64,000 bases of DNA from Thecamonas trahens ATCC 50062 (GCF_000142905.1 NW_013657660.1:148056-212055); one strand, 5' to 3'; counted from the first letter of the stretch, positions 52,155 to 64,000 are shown. The notes: a model not told the origin generated them from the letters alone. Numbers and translations: made by a program.

Positions 52155-55100
52155 TCATTCCCGTCGCGATGAGATCGAGGTCCGCGAGCTACGCCGGCCG
52201 AACGGCCGATGGTTGCGCTTGAGACGGGCGAGGGTGTGGCGCGACGAGTTGGAGGCGCTCTCGATGTCGTCAACAGGCAAACCCATCGACGATGATGCCG
52301 ACAATAAAGATGCCGATACCGACGCCTTTGTCGCTCCACTCGATGACGATCTACTCGCATCTGCGCTGGCGTCCGACGATGTAAGGCCAGGCACCCACGT
52401 GACGTCGGCGGCTCCCAAATCGACATCATCGTCATCGTCGCACTCGCCTCGAGTGGAAAACCATGCGACTACGGCGTACAACCGATCTCGCAGCGACGGC
52501 GAGTCGATGTCGGCGACGTGCGATGCCACAAACCGGCGAACCACCGTGGCCTGGGCGTTGGGTGCGCTTGCACCGTCGAAGTCAACCCGCGCGCCCGCTT
52601 GAAGCTCAGCTTCATGAGTTCCGAGACCACGGCGTACGCAATGACGACGATGGTGCCAAAGAGCACAGCGAGGGTGGCCACCACGAGGGAGATGTACGAG
52701 GCCTGTGAAATGCTCCGTCCCGACGTCGACCAGAAGAGCACGCCGGCGGCGCAAAGCGCAAGAATCGACCCGTCCAGCTTGGCCTCAAGCGTGTTGTGGA
52801 GTGGGTCAAAAAACGGGGCGTTGTAGAGCTGATATACGAGCGAGGAGAGAAAGATGGCAAAAAAACCCGCAAACAACAGGTGCTCGAGGTTGGACGCGTA
52901 GAGCGCCACGCACACCACCGCCAGCCGCTTGAGGAGGCGCACCACTTCGTGCATATAGTGCGCGCGCCGGTACGCCGTGAACAACGGGCCGTAAGCAAGC
53001 TGCACGCGGGTGCTGTCGAGTTCGTGCCGGTTCTTCCACAGCACCAAGCCGAACGAGAGCGGCAGCGCCACCACGTACACGGCAAGCGCCGTCAGCGCCA
53101 GCGGGAGGAGCTGCAGCCACATCGCCCCGTAGCATTCTTCGTCGAGCGACGAGTCGAGGCGGTACGACCCGTCGGGCAGCTGTGTGCAGTCCCAGAAGAG
53201 TAGCGTGGCACGCGCGAGCGGGAGGTACACAATGGGGCCGAACGAGAAGATGAGGCGGTAGAGGAGCGCACGCACCGAGACGCGCGTCATGTCGATCTTG
53301 CCACGGCACGAGCAGCGGCACGTTTTGAACCCCACAACGAGGGCCACAATGAGCGCGAAGAACGCGGTCGGTAAGCCCACAGAGAGCGCGTACCGCATCG
53401 GGAACGACGTCACTGTGCAGTCGGTCGAGAAGAGCGAGAGGTCAAACGTGGCAAACGCCACGGAGTCCATCACCTGCTGCACCGGTGGCGTCGGCCACTT
53501 GAACGCCGCGCGACCTAGCACCGCGAGCACCTGCAGAAACGTGACGGCGACACCGATCGAGTGCGGCAGCAGCTTCTTTCGCCCCGCGCTCGCGCCGACA
53601 CGCTGGAACTGGATGATGGCGACGAGCACAAGCACAAACGAGAGTACAGCGGCGCCCACCACCAGGAGGCAGAAGAGGACAAAGAGCGACGTCGACGCTC
53701 CAGGACATGCGTCGCACGTCCCGTCCGGCTTGCGGTAGTGGTTCTGAGCGCACGCCACGCACATAAACTCACCCGGAGCGTACTCGCGCGCACACTGGCG
53801 CCCGCCCAAGCACGAGCGCTCGATGGGACACTCGGAGAACTGGGCCGGCCCCGTCGGGTAGTACTCGGGCGCCGCTACGGGTGCGTCAGTCCCGCCGGCG
53901 CACACGCCGCCGGGCGGGCATGCTACGCACGCAACGTCGGCCGCACCCGTCGGCGAGTAGAAACCGCGCTCGCACACACACGGCGCCACGGTGCCCATCT
54001 CGGCGCTCGTGTTGGCCACACGAACCGTGTTACCCGGGCATGTGACGCACTTGCCGTCGATGACCACAAACCCGTCCGGGCATGTGGGCACGATGCCGCA
54101 CGGCTCAGTCGACGTCTCCGTCGAGAACCCGTTCGGGCCACACTCGGCACACACCAGCGGCGCCGTAGAGGCAGAAGTACGCCCATAGTCGCGCGGACAC
54201 GCCCCGACCGCCACCGTCACGCGCGCATACTCCACCTCCGCGTCCACAAACTCGACAATGGCCAACGTCGCACTCGAACCCACGTCCTCTGGCCACGAAC
54301 CCACAGCAAGCGTGATGGCACCCAGCGAGTAGCCAGTAAGCGACTCGTCGTAGAGCGCGCCGAGCGACATACCCGACACCTCAATGTCGCCCGTGGCCGA
54401 AAGCGGCGAAACGCCGATGCGAATGAACGGGTTGCTCACCACGGCGCCCCATGCATCACGAAGCGTAAGCGTGCCCAAGCCGAGGGGAACGCCCGAGATA
54501 GCCGACGTCGGCAGACCGGCCACCGTTGCGTTCTGCGGCGGGCCGGCAACCACGACACCATAGCCGCCGGGTGTTGCCACTGACGACACCGGCAGCACGC
54601 TCGGGTGCGTCACATGCCCGTACTGCGTGAGCCCCGGGCCGCACACGTACACGTACCCTCCGCCGCCCGATGCTGACGTTGTCGCCGAACTCATGTCCAC
54701 ACCCGAGACGTCGAGCGCCACGCTGCAAATATGTGCAATGCCGCCGTATGCTCCAGCGGACGTTATGAGAGCGCCCGACACCATGAGCGTCGACGCAGGG
54801 AACTCCGCGCTCTCCACCAACAGTGCCGACTCCAGATCGATCACGGGCGCGGCCGTCGCACAGAACGTGCCGCCCAGCGACGCACTGTTGGCGTCCAGCA
54901 CTGTGCCACTCACAGTGACCGGTCCATTGCCGGAGCGAGCGAGCGCGCCGCCCGCCAATGCCACGTTGGCTCGCCACGCACCGCCCGTAAACGTCGCCGC
55001 TGCCCACACGCCCGTCAGGCTCACTGCGCCGCCGGATCGGCCGGCCGAGTTGGCCAGAAACCGTGAACGCCGTGAACGCCAGCGAGTGGCCGGCGCCCGT

Positions 55101-57949
55101 CGTGTACATGGCTCCGCCATCGCCAACCGCCGTGTTGCCCTCGAACACTGTTGAATCGACCGAGAGCGTGACGGCCGAGCCAGAGAGAGCCAGCACGCCG
55201 CCCGCCGCCCCGGCCGTGTTGCCGCCAAAGTACGAGTCGCGCACCGTGATCGACGCCCTGTCCAGCGCCAGAACGCACCCGCCAAACCCGCCCAGCAGCG
55301 ACGTCGACGCAACGTCTGGCCCGGCGCTCATGTGCAGCGATACCGCCGTGAACGACGCGTCCGCAGCGACCACGATGGCTGCAGGCGATGCCGCACGCGG
55401 CGACGCCCCCACAATCGTCACGTTGCGGAGTGTCAGCGATGAATACACCGCAAACAAGGCTCCACTGGATCCGCCAGCAATCGTGCAGTCGATTGTGGCG
55501 TCCACAAGCGTGAGACGCTGGGTCACAGGGAACGCCACGTCCCCAAGCGCCGCCGATGGACAGTGCACGAAAGTGCCCACAGACGGCGGGACACAGAATG
55601 TGGTCACAGTTCCGTCACCAGAGTGCGCCAGCGCTGCGCGCAAGCACGCCACGGTACCGGGCACGCCCCCACACTCGGGATGGTCGAGCGCGTAAAAGGT
55701 GGTGGAGGGATGCGTGTTGTACGACGGGACCGAGGCGTAGAACACAAACCCGTCAGTACCCGCAAACACGCCTATATCGGCGTACCCGTCGCTGTTGGCG
55801 TCGTAAACGGCGAGCCCGCTGACGTTGCGCGCGTGCTCGGGATACGCAGCAACCAGCGTCTCATCCCACGACGCCCCGCAATCGGCGGTCATGAACGCCC
55901 GCACGCTATCGACGGTGGCCACTATCACGTCGCCAAACGCTGCCGGCTTGGAGAAGACCACGGCCACGTCGGTGATCGGGCCCGCGAGCGAGGCCACGGG
56001 TGTACCCGGCACAGCGCCAAACGTACCCGGCGCGCTCGTGCTGAGCACGTACGATACGAGCGCGTCGGCCACAAACAACACGTCGGGGTAGCCATCGGCA
56101 TCGAGGTCGCGCACCACAAGGCGGTTCGCGCCGTGAGCGGCTGGGGCCACGATGGCCGTCGGCGCACCCCACGCCATGTCGGCACTGGGCAGCGCCACCG
56201 CGAGCGAGGAGAGCGTGGTGTACACAAGGGCGGGGGTGCGCGGGTGCGACGCGGGGTGTGAGAGCACAGCAAGCGCTGTGACGTCGGTCAGGCCCGTGAC
56301 GGCAGTTACGGGAGCGGCAAACGAGGAGGCGTCGGCGCGAGCGAGGACGTAGATGGCGGACGGCGACGCGATGACGAGGTCGGGGCGCGCGTCGCCGTTG
56401 ACCGATGCCGCTGCCAGTGACACGATTGACACATCCGGCGTGGCTACGCTCACCACTGAAAACGTGTTGTCGCCCGCAGCAACAAAGAGGGATGCCGTGC
56501 CCGAGGCGAGCGAGCCTGTGGCGATGTCGAGGGCAGCGTCTGCCGTGAAATCGGCCACGACCAGAGCCGACGCCGCGCCGACAGCAGCCGAAGCGCCGAT
56601 GAGGCGCGGCGTGGCGCTGGCGGCCGGCAGAAAGTAGACCTCGCCCGACGGCGCAAGCGTGAGTAGGCCCGGCGTGCCGTCGTTGTCCAAGTCAACGGCG
56701 GCCATCGCGACGAGGTGGGTCTCGATGCCAAGCCCACCGGCAGCGCCGAGTGTAGCCACTGGGCCATCCATGGTTTGCGTCCAGCGCGAGCGCGACACGA
56801 TGCGGATGCCGGCACCGCCTGATCCGCCATGCGTGGTGGCAATAAAGTCGGGGAGGCCGTCGTTATCGATGTCAGCCGTGGAAACCCACTCAGAATCATA
56901 CAGCAGGGAATTGGTGAAGGTGAGCGGGGGGAAGAAGCCTCCAAAGTCCCGCCCAAGAACGACCTGCTGGGCGAGGGAGCCGCGGGGCGCCATCACGAGA
57001 TCGTCGACGCCGTCGACATTGAAATCCTTCCGCTGCGACTGGCCCGGGTCCGGGCCAGTATGAAGGGTCCCGCCGCCCGTCACACCCACGGCGTAGTCTG
57101 GTGGCCCAAAAGTGAACGGCGTTCCGCCAAAGTTGGCGGTAGCAACGGCCAGCTCGTCGGTGCCTTTGGCAACCACAAACGAGCAAAACTCGGAGCCTTT
57201 CTGGCCGAGAAAGTCAAGATGCGTCGCGTCCCACACACCGGCACCCGTGTTGACAACGACGCGAAAGTCGCCGGAAGAACAGTAGAGAATGTCGAGATCG
57301 CCGTCCGCGTCGTAGTCGCCGACGTCGCCGCCACGCACCGACGAGACGGCAAGAATGGGCGAAAGGCCCGAGAACGCGTACGATGCCGGGCCCAAGTTGA
57401 ACGCCGTGTAGATGAACGACATTGTCGTGCGAAAAAGCACAACGTCGAGGTACGAGTCGCCGTTCAAATCGGCGAGGTACATCTGTTCGACCTTGTGGAT
57501 GCCTAACAGCTGCTGCGCAAAGGTGAACGTTGTGCCGGATGATGCCTCGTTGAGGTATACATTGAGGGCACCCGTGCCCGAACCTGAGACGAACTCGTTC
57601 GCCACCACAAAGTCGAGATACGAGTCGCCATTGAGATCGCCGACCCGCATCGCGCGGCACCTATCGCCCGTGTGCGCCGGCGCCGGACGGACGTTGAACA
57701 ACGCCGACCAGATGCCCAGCGGCCCTTGCGTGGTCATGCGAAGCTCATCCCCAGAGGTGGAGTATTCACACGACACAAAGTCGACCAGTCCATCCTTGTT
57801 GAAATCGCCCGGCTCGGCCACAAGGAGGCCATACCCGACCGTGACACCCACATTAGTGACAGGGAGGGCGGTGGTGTAGGCGGGGGCGGCAGTCGTGGAG
57901 GGGGGAAGAGGGCCGCGGAGAGGAAGAGAAGAGTCACGGCGAAGAGCAT
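52155..57949 (-). CDS. Large surface receptor/adhesin: signal peptide, FG-GAP/VCBS repeats, beta-helix (GGA) repeats, Cys-rich repeats and a multi-pass TM C-terminus; frameshifts near 57902, 55070 and 52587
   Basis: MLFAVTLLFLSAAL; repeated D(L/F)N.DG..D; FGGNTAGAAGG, FEGNTAVGDGGAM and ANSAGRSGGAV; CVCERGFYS..CVACPPGGVC; 7-8 hydrophobic helices. Confidence 0.8.
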
Positions 57950-58360
57950 GTGGGTGGGGGTTGGGGGATTGGGGTGTTCGGCGTGGTGCCACCCCGGTTG
58001 GGGTAGAGGTGGTGGGGGGGGAGGGGAGTGGGGTTCTCTGCAAAGGGTTGCGGCAATTGCGGCTCGCTGCGCGTTTTAATCCTTTTTTGGAGCATGGTGC
58101 GAGGCTAGTCGCTGCCGAGTGCATGCAACCATGACTGGATCAAGGACTTGGATGGCATGACAAAGCCCGATGATGAGCGAGCAGTCCATGACTTGGTGAA
58201 GCAGGAAGGCGTGAGCGCGGTCAAAGCCACTCGCTACGCTGACCTTGTCACAGCACAGCACCACATTGATCATCTCCAGGCGAGCAGCCACTTTCGCGCC
58301 AAGCCAACGAGCCAGCGCCCAACTGCCAGCCACCCACACAGCCCACCACCACCACACTCG

Positions 58361-58437
58361 CGCACACACATACACACACATACACACACATACACACACA
58401 TACACACACATACACACACATACACACACATACACAC
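58361..58437. repeat. (TACACACACA)n microsatellite immediately upstream of ATG 58450
   Basis: Read directly from the sequence. Confidence 0.95.
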
Positions 58438-58449
58438 TCGCACGCAAAC

Positions 58450-61032
58450 ATGGCAGGGACACAGCCCCGCCGCAGTGAACGCGGCAGGGAACTTCCGCCG
58501 CCGCCCTCTGCCGCCACCGCCGCCGCCGCTCACGCCACTGGCTCGTCGGCCTCCCGCAGGTCCGCCAAGCGACGCCACCGCCGCCACCGCCGTCACCGGA
58601 CCCGCGACGGTTCGTCCTACCGCATCCCCTACGAGTCTGGCTCGCTCTCCCGTTCGGCAGGCCCTGCCGAGGATGATGCCAGCCACATCGACCATGCCGA
58701 CCATGCCGACCATGCCGCCTCGGCCTCAGCCTCGGCTCGCCGCGACCAGCCCCCTCTGTCACCCTCGCCCTCGCCGCCGCGCCGTGCCTCCTCGCCACCG
58801 CCGCCTGTCGACACCTCTGCTGGTGATGCTGCCTTTCTCCGTGACTATGCCGCAAGGCTGAGCGTCGAGCTGGCTCGCGAGCAGGGCACCGTGCTTGACC
58901 CGGCCGAGGCTGCTGTCCTCGTTGCCGAGGCCGAGGCTGCCGGCGCTGCTGGCGGTCGCGGCGGAAGCCTTCCTGATGACACACCGGTTCCGGCATGGTG
59001 GACCGATCGCGCGCTAGTGGCGCCGCTTATTGTGTCGTACGACACCCACGTGGACGCACTGCAGGAGACCGCCCGCGTGCGGGAGGAGCAGCTCACGGCT
59101 GCCCGCACCAACATTGCCACTCTGGCATCCGAGAATTCTTCACTCCGCGCCGAGCTAGACCGCGCGCTGGAGGCCCTGCATAGTCGCGCGTCCGACGCCG
59201 CGGCCTCCGGCTCGGGCCTCGCTGTCGCTGCTGCAGGTCTCACTCCGTCGGACGCCGAGGAGCTCGCCGAAATGCACGACCGCATCGGCCTGTACCAGGA
59301 GGAGAACAACATCCTCATGTCGCAGGTCTCGGTGCTGCAGGGCGAAGTCGACGCGCTCCGCACTGAGCTCGACTCGACTCGTAGCTCCAGCTCGTCGAGC
59401 TCGACGCAGCTGCAGCGAATGGCTGCCTCGCTCGACGAAGCGACCGCGGTCGCCGCCGAGGCCAGCGCCCGTGCTGCCGCCCTGCAAGACGAGCTCGACC
59501 GGAAGAGCTCCGAACTCGAGCTCCGTGAGCAGGAGGCTGCCTCGGCCCGCGCCGCAAACTCGGCGCTCGAGGAGACAGTCGCTCGTGCCAAGCTCCAGAC
59601 CGCCGAGTACAAGGATGCCGTCGACTCGCTCGCTGCCCAGCAGGCTGCGCTTGTCTCCGAAGCCTCGGCCGCCGCCGACGCCGTCCAGGCCTCGGCCGTT
59701 CTCCGCTCCAAGATCACTGACCTTGAGCGGTCGCTTGAGGCTGCCAACGCCCGCGCCACCCAGCGCGAGCACGCGCTCGTCCAGGAGCGCGACGAGGTTG
59801 TGACCGCCATGCACTCGCTCGAGCGCAGGCTCGAGACCTCGCAGCGCGACCTCGACGAAGCCTACCTTCGTGTCAAGCAGGCGCTCGACGCACTCGACGA
59901 GGTCCGCTCCGAGCGCGACCGCGCCCTCCTCCGCGCTCAACATGCCGAGGCCAGCCTTGAGAGCTGCCAGACCTCCCTCGCCGCCGCTATGGCCGGCGAG
60001 TCGGCCGACCATGCCGCCTTGCTCGCTGCCGAGCGCGCGCGCTGGGAGGCCGAGCTGGAGAAGACATCCCGTGAGCTCGGAGCTGCCCAGGATGCCAACA
60101 TCAAGCTCTCTGCCGAGTCTGAGCGCCTCGCCCGCGAAGCCAAGCGGTTCGAAGCCGAGCTCGAGGCGATCCAATCGACAGCCGGCCGCCGGCGCGCTCG
60201 CGAGCGTGAAGAGGAGCTCACTGGTGCGCTGCGGACCGCCCAGCGCGCTGCTGCCGACGCCGACGCCACAGCCGAGTCTGCGCGGAACAAGCACCGCCGC
60301 AAGGAAGCCGAGTGGGCCCGCGAGCGCGCCACGCTTGAGACCCAGCTGACAGAGGCATCCAAGCGCATCCGCCATCTCGAGTCCGAGTCTCTCGCCGCTC
60401 ACGACGAGCGCGTCACTGCGCTCGAGTCCCGCAACGCCATGGCCGAGCAGGTCAAGCTCGCCCAGGACGCCGCCGCCCGAACCGAGCGCCGTGCCGCCAC
60501 CCAGCTTGCCACCCTCGAGCGCTCGTCGCAGGCCGCTGTCGGCGATCTCGAGCACGCGCTCCGCCTCGCACAGCGCAACCTCGATGACCACGCGCTCGAG
60601 GCACAGGAGCTCGTCGCTGCCCAAAAGGCGCTCACCGCAAAATGGCGCGCGGCAGCGTCAGCCACCGCCGACGAGTTTAGCGCCGCGCGCAAGGACCTCG
60701 AGGCCCAGCTTGCGCGCGCTCATACCCGCATCGACCAGCTCTCCGGGCGCGTCGCCGACCTTCTCCGCGAGCGCGCGTCTATGATGGAGGCCGCCGAGGC
60801 CCAGGCCGTCGTCACATCGCAGCTCCGCGCCATGCTCGACGCCGCCGAGCGCAAGGCTGCCGCCGACAAGCTTCGTATCGCCAAGCTCGCCGCCGCGCCC
60901 GCCGCTAACGAGAACGCGCCGGCAGACGCGGCCGCAGGTCCGGCGCCGGCTGCGCCGGCCTCGTCGCTCCGCGCCTCGCTCGAGGCCCAGAAGCAGCGCC
61001 ACAAGTCTACCAGCCAGAGCCTGCGGGCATGA
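58450..61032 (+). CDS. Long coiled-coil protein, SCLT1/CEP89-like centriole distal-appendage candidate
   Basis: PAWW..LVAPLIVSYD, LYQEENNILM and QKALTAKWR resemble recalled SCLT1/CEP89 motifs; about 700 aa of heptads. Confidence 0.6.
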   Translation: MAGTQPRRSERGRELPPPPSAATAAAAHATGSSASRRSAKRRHRRHRRHRTRDGSSYRIPYESGSLSRSAGPAEDDASHIDHADHADHAASASASARRDQPPLSPSPSPPRRASSPPPPVDTSAGDAAFLRDYAARLSVELAREQGTVLDPAEAAVLVAEAEAAGAAGGRGGSLPDDTPVPAWWTDRALVAPLIVSYDTHVDALQETARVREEQLTAARTNIATLASENSSLRAELDRALEALHSRASDAAASGSGLAVAAAGLTPSDAEELAEMHDRIGLYQEENNILMSQVSVLQGEVDALRTELDSTRSSSSSSSTQLQRMAASLDEATAVAAEASARAAALQDELDRKSSELELREQEAASARAANSALEETVARAKLQTAEYKDAVDSLAAQQAALVSEASAAADAVQASAVLRSKITDLERSLEAANARATQREHALVQERDEVVTAMHSLERRLETSQRDLDEAYLRVKQALDALDEVRSERDRALLRAQHAEASLESCQTSLAAAMAGESADHAALLAAERARWEAELEKTSRELGAAQDANIKLSAESERLAREAKRFEAELEAIQSTAGRRRAREREEELTGALRTAQRAAADADATAESARNKHRRKEAEWARERATLETQLTEASKRIRHLESESLAAHDERVTALESRNAMAEQVKLAQDAAARTERRAATQLATLERSSQAAVGDLEHALRLAQRNLDDHALEAQELVAAQKALTAKWRAAASATADEFSAARKDLEAQLARAHTRIDQLSGRVADLLRERASMMEAAEAQAVVTSQLRAMLDAAERKAAADKLRIAKLAAAPAANENAPADAAAGPAPAAPASSLRASLEAQKQRHKSTSQSLRA

Positions 61033-61089
61033 CCTTGTGATGCATGGAACAAATCGTTTTTTTTACAGCCGCGAGCGCAGCAGCAAGCT

Positions 61090-62556
61090 TCACGCCGAGT
61101 TGAGCGTGGGATCAGCCTCGTCGATGACGTAGGGGAGGTCGACGGCGACGCCGGAAAAGGCCTCCAGACCCTCGCCGGCGTACGAGACGGCGGGCGCGAT
61201 CTCAAAGAGCGCGTCGAGCGAGGGTTGAGCCGAGAGCGCACCGCCGGCGTCAGCAAACCACGAGGCATGGAGCTCGGCAAGCGCCATGCGGGCGGTCTCC
61301 GGGCAGTCTGAGCCGGTGCCCGGCGCGTTCTTGAGCGGCGAAAAGTCGCGGGCGCGCGCGCCCTGGAGGATAGCGAGCGAGTCGCCGGCCGAGGGAAAGA
61401 CGTCAAAGATGAAGAGCTCGAGCTTGATGCCGGTGTTGGAAGTCGGCTTGATCGTCTCCGAGCCGTCGTCCGAGACGTGCGGGATCTTCTTGTGCGCCAC
61501 GTGGTGGACCATGTCGTGAAGGTAGGTCGACGCCGTGGCCTTGAGAAAGTCGACGGTGTAAAAGTGGTTGACGATGTTGGCCGCCGAGTACACGAGCGAG
61601 CCGTCGTCCGTCCTTTCCTCAGCGAGCTCCTTGGGAAGCTCCGAGTACTCGAGGACATGTGTGACGCCGTCGCGGAGAGCGAGGACGCCAACCTTCTCGG
61701 CCGGTTCGAGCTTGGGGATGACCTTGACGCCGACGCCAACGCCTGCGGCAACGCAGTACCCGATGAACACCGGGTCGGCGACCTTGGCGAGACAGTTGTC
61801 GACGCAGTACGTGTGGACGTACTTGACGCCGCGGGCCTCCATGTCGGCGAGCACGCCGCGCTTGTCGAGCGCCTCGTAGATGCCGCCGTTGCCGTCGGGT
61901 GCGCGGGCGAGCTTGCCGGCCGACTCGAGAATGAGCTTGCCGTCGACGGTCAGGCACGGGAGCGTGCCCTGCTGGAAGAACATGATCTGGTCCTGGGCGA
62001 GGCCAAACCACTCGTTGTCAGTAAAGAAGGCCTGAGTCGGCGCGTCAGTCGGCGCCGAGGTCATGATGTACCACGGGATGACCACCGATCCGGCGGGCTT
62101 GCCGGCCTTAGCCGCGGCAAGCGCCTGGACCTTGGCGATGCGCTCGGCCTGGAGCTGGAAGAGCGACTTGCCCGATGGCGCGCCGATGTCGTAGCATCCC
62201 TTGGGCTGCGACGAGCCGAGGCGGGTCCCCTGCCCGCCGGCAAGCAGGACGGCCGCCACCTCGCCGGCAGCCACGGCGTCAAGCCCGCCAGCCCACCACG
62301 TGTCGAGCTGGTCCTTGCCCACAGCATCCTCGGCCTCGATAGCATGCAGCGGCGCAATGGCCGACGGATCCGAAAACGTCTCCTCGCACGCCGCCATGGC
62401 CCGCGAGTGGAACCGCGCCAGCACATCCAGATCCACCTCGGCCAGCTCGCCCGCCAGCGCTGCCTGCGCCTCACCATCGAGCGTGTCATAGAACCGCAGG
62501 ACGTGGGCCTGCCCAGCCGCCTCGAAGCGGGTGCGAAGCTCAGTGATGTCTGCCAT
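61090..62556 (-). CDS. UAP1: UDP-N-acetylglucosamine pyrophosphorylase
   Basis: LAGGQGTRLG..PKG, PWYIMTS, APDGNGG, YCVDN, EYSE, KLELFIFDVF and FSPLKN. Confidence 0.95.
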   Translation of the reverse strand: MADITELRTRFEAAGQAHVLRFYDTLDGEAQAALAGELAEVDLDVLARFHSRAMAACEETFSDPSAIAPLHAIEAEDAVGKDQLDTWWAGGLDAVAAGEVAAVLLAGGQGTRLGSSQPKGCYDIGAPSGKSLFQLQAERIAKVQALAAAKAGKPAGSVVIPWYIMTSAPTDAPTQAFFTDNEWFGLAQDQIMFFQQGTLPCLTVDGKLILESAGKLARAPDGNGGIYEALDKRGVLADMEARGVKYVHTYCVDNCLAKVADPVFIGYCVAAGVGVGVKVIPKLEPAEKVGVLALRDGVTHVLEYSELPKELAEERTDDGSLVYSAANIVNHFYTVDFLKATASTYLHDMVHHVAHKKIPHVSDDGSETIKPTSNTGIKLELFIFDVFPSAGDSLAILQGARARDFSPLKNAPGTGSDCPETARMALAELHASWFADAGGALSAQPSLDALFEIAPAVSYAGEGLEAFSGVAVDLPYVIDEADPTLNSA

Positions 62557-62784
62557 GCTGTTCGTGCGTGTGTTGCGAAGAGAGGAGGGAGAGGAGGGGA
62601 GAGAGAGAGAGGAGTGTCTGTACCAGCACCAGCTACTCTTTGCTGCCTCTCCCTCTCTCTCTCTCCGCTGTTCTGTCTGGCTGCGGGGAAACCCGAATTT
62701 GTTCGGTCGCTCCCTCCCCTCCCCCTCCCGCCAGCCCACACAATCACGCGAGACAATTTTGTTCGGTGGAGAGCCGCGGGGGGA

Positions 62785-63283
62785 CTAGGATGCCGGGCCG
62801 ACAAGAGCGGCGACCGTGTCAAACAGAGTCGACGCTTCGATGGGCTTGGAGATGAGGGCATCCATCTGGAGAACAGCCTTGAGCGTCTTGGGCAGGTTGA
62901 AGCCATTGACGTCGGCCGAAGTGAAGATGAGCTTGACACCCTTGAGCGCCGGGTTGCAGCGGACAGTGAGGGCGAGGCCAAGGCCCGAGATAGAGTGGAC
63001 AAAGGCGTGATCGCCCATGGCCGGGAACTTTTCGTCGATGCAGAAGAGATCAAAGGCGGCGCCGGTGGCAAGAGCGGCCGAGGCGTCGGGCGGGGCGAGA
63101 GCCCGGACCACGGTGGCGCCAAACGACTCGAACGCGTCCGAGGTGGCGGCCAGTGACGCTTCGTTGGCGTCGGCGACAAGGACGCGGAAGACAGCGCGGC
63201 CCCAGTCGGCGATGGACGGGCCCGATGCCGACGCCGACGCCGAAGTCGGCGCCGCGGTCGACTCTGGCGCTCCGCGGGCCTCG

Positions 63284-63314
<31 letters not shown>

Positions 63315-64000
63315 CAGAGTCTGTGCCCGAGCCCGTGCCAGAGCCAGAGGTGACGGGCGTGACGGCCTTGGAGCCGTGGGCCGAGCTGGGCGCCGAAGAC
63401 GGCGTCGCGGGTTCGGCCAACACCGGCCCGGCCGACGGCAGCGGGACTGTGCCGACATCGTCGACGTCGCGGACAAACTCGTGCTCGAGCAGCTCGTGGA
63501 CTGAGGGGCGCTCGTCCGGGTTGATCATGAGGCAGCGCGAGAGAAAGTCTTGCGCGGCAGGCGAGATGTTGGTGGGGATGGCGACGGGCGTCTCGCGGTC
63601 CCAGTGCCTCACCAACGCCGCAAAGTTCTTGAGGTGCGGGTTGGGCGGCTTGCCCGAGAGCATCTCCAGCACTGTTGCGCCGAACGAGTAGATATCCGAC
63701 TTCATGCCGTAGCCCTTTTCCAGCACCACCTCGGGCGCCATCCACAGCGGGGTGCCCGTCACGGTGCCCGACATGTTCTCGCCCTGCGTCAGCTCTTCGA
63801 TCTCCTTGGAAGCGCCAAAGTCCGAGAGCTTGACAATGCCGTCGTTCGAGACAAGCACGTTGGCGCCCTTGATGTCGCGGTGCAGAATGTTGCACGAGTG
63901 CAGGTACGCGAGCCCCGTGAGGATCTGCCGCGCGTACACCTTCGTCAGGTCCTCCGGGAACGGGCCAAACTTGGAGAGCATTGACTCGACGGACCCGCCG
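62785..64000 (-). CDS. MAP3K (STE11/MEKK-like) kinase with a C-terminal response-regulator receiver domain; 5' end outside the window
   Basis: YARQILTGLAYLH, HRDIKGANVL, KLSDFGASK and GTPLWMAPEV; REC motifs RVLVAD, FDLFCID and LISKP. Confidence 0.88.

Overview
GC-rich, very gene-dense, intron-poor eukaryotic (protist) nuclear DNA with about 27 protein-coding genes and three N gaps. The style is reminiscent of an apusomonad such as Thecamonas; this is an inference and was not verified. Recognisable genes: ERG25-like sterol oxidase, EF-hand/WD40 protein, Kir-like channel, DGAT2, BolA2, PH-domain protein, CREBZF-like bZIP, ependymin-like secreted protein, S10 carboxypeptidase, villin, PPR protein, kinesin, Ariadne RBR ligase, Cas4/RecB-type nuclease-SF1B helicase, LIM-PIP5K, RPEL-RasGEF, STAG/Scc3, a kinase, a large FG-GAP/beta-helix/multi-TM receptor, SCLT1-like coiled coil, UAP1 and a MAP3K-receiver fusion. 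Many genes are split by apparent single-base frameshifts, most likely homopolymer sequencing errors. The most interesting signals are a co-oriented trio of unusual actin/membrane signalling genes (LIM-PIP5K, a dual-acylated protein with an EPIYA-like motif missed by the ORF track, RPEL-RasGEF), a prokaryote-like Fe-S nuclease-helicase, a MAP3K fused to a two-component receiver domain, and a Kir channel with an altered filter. No rRNA, tRNA, CRISPR array or transposon was seen.
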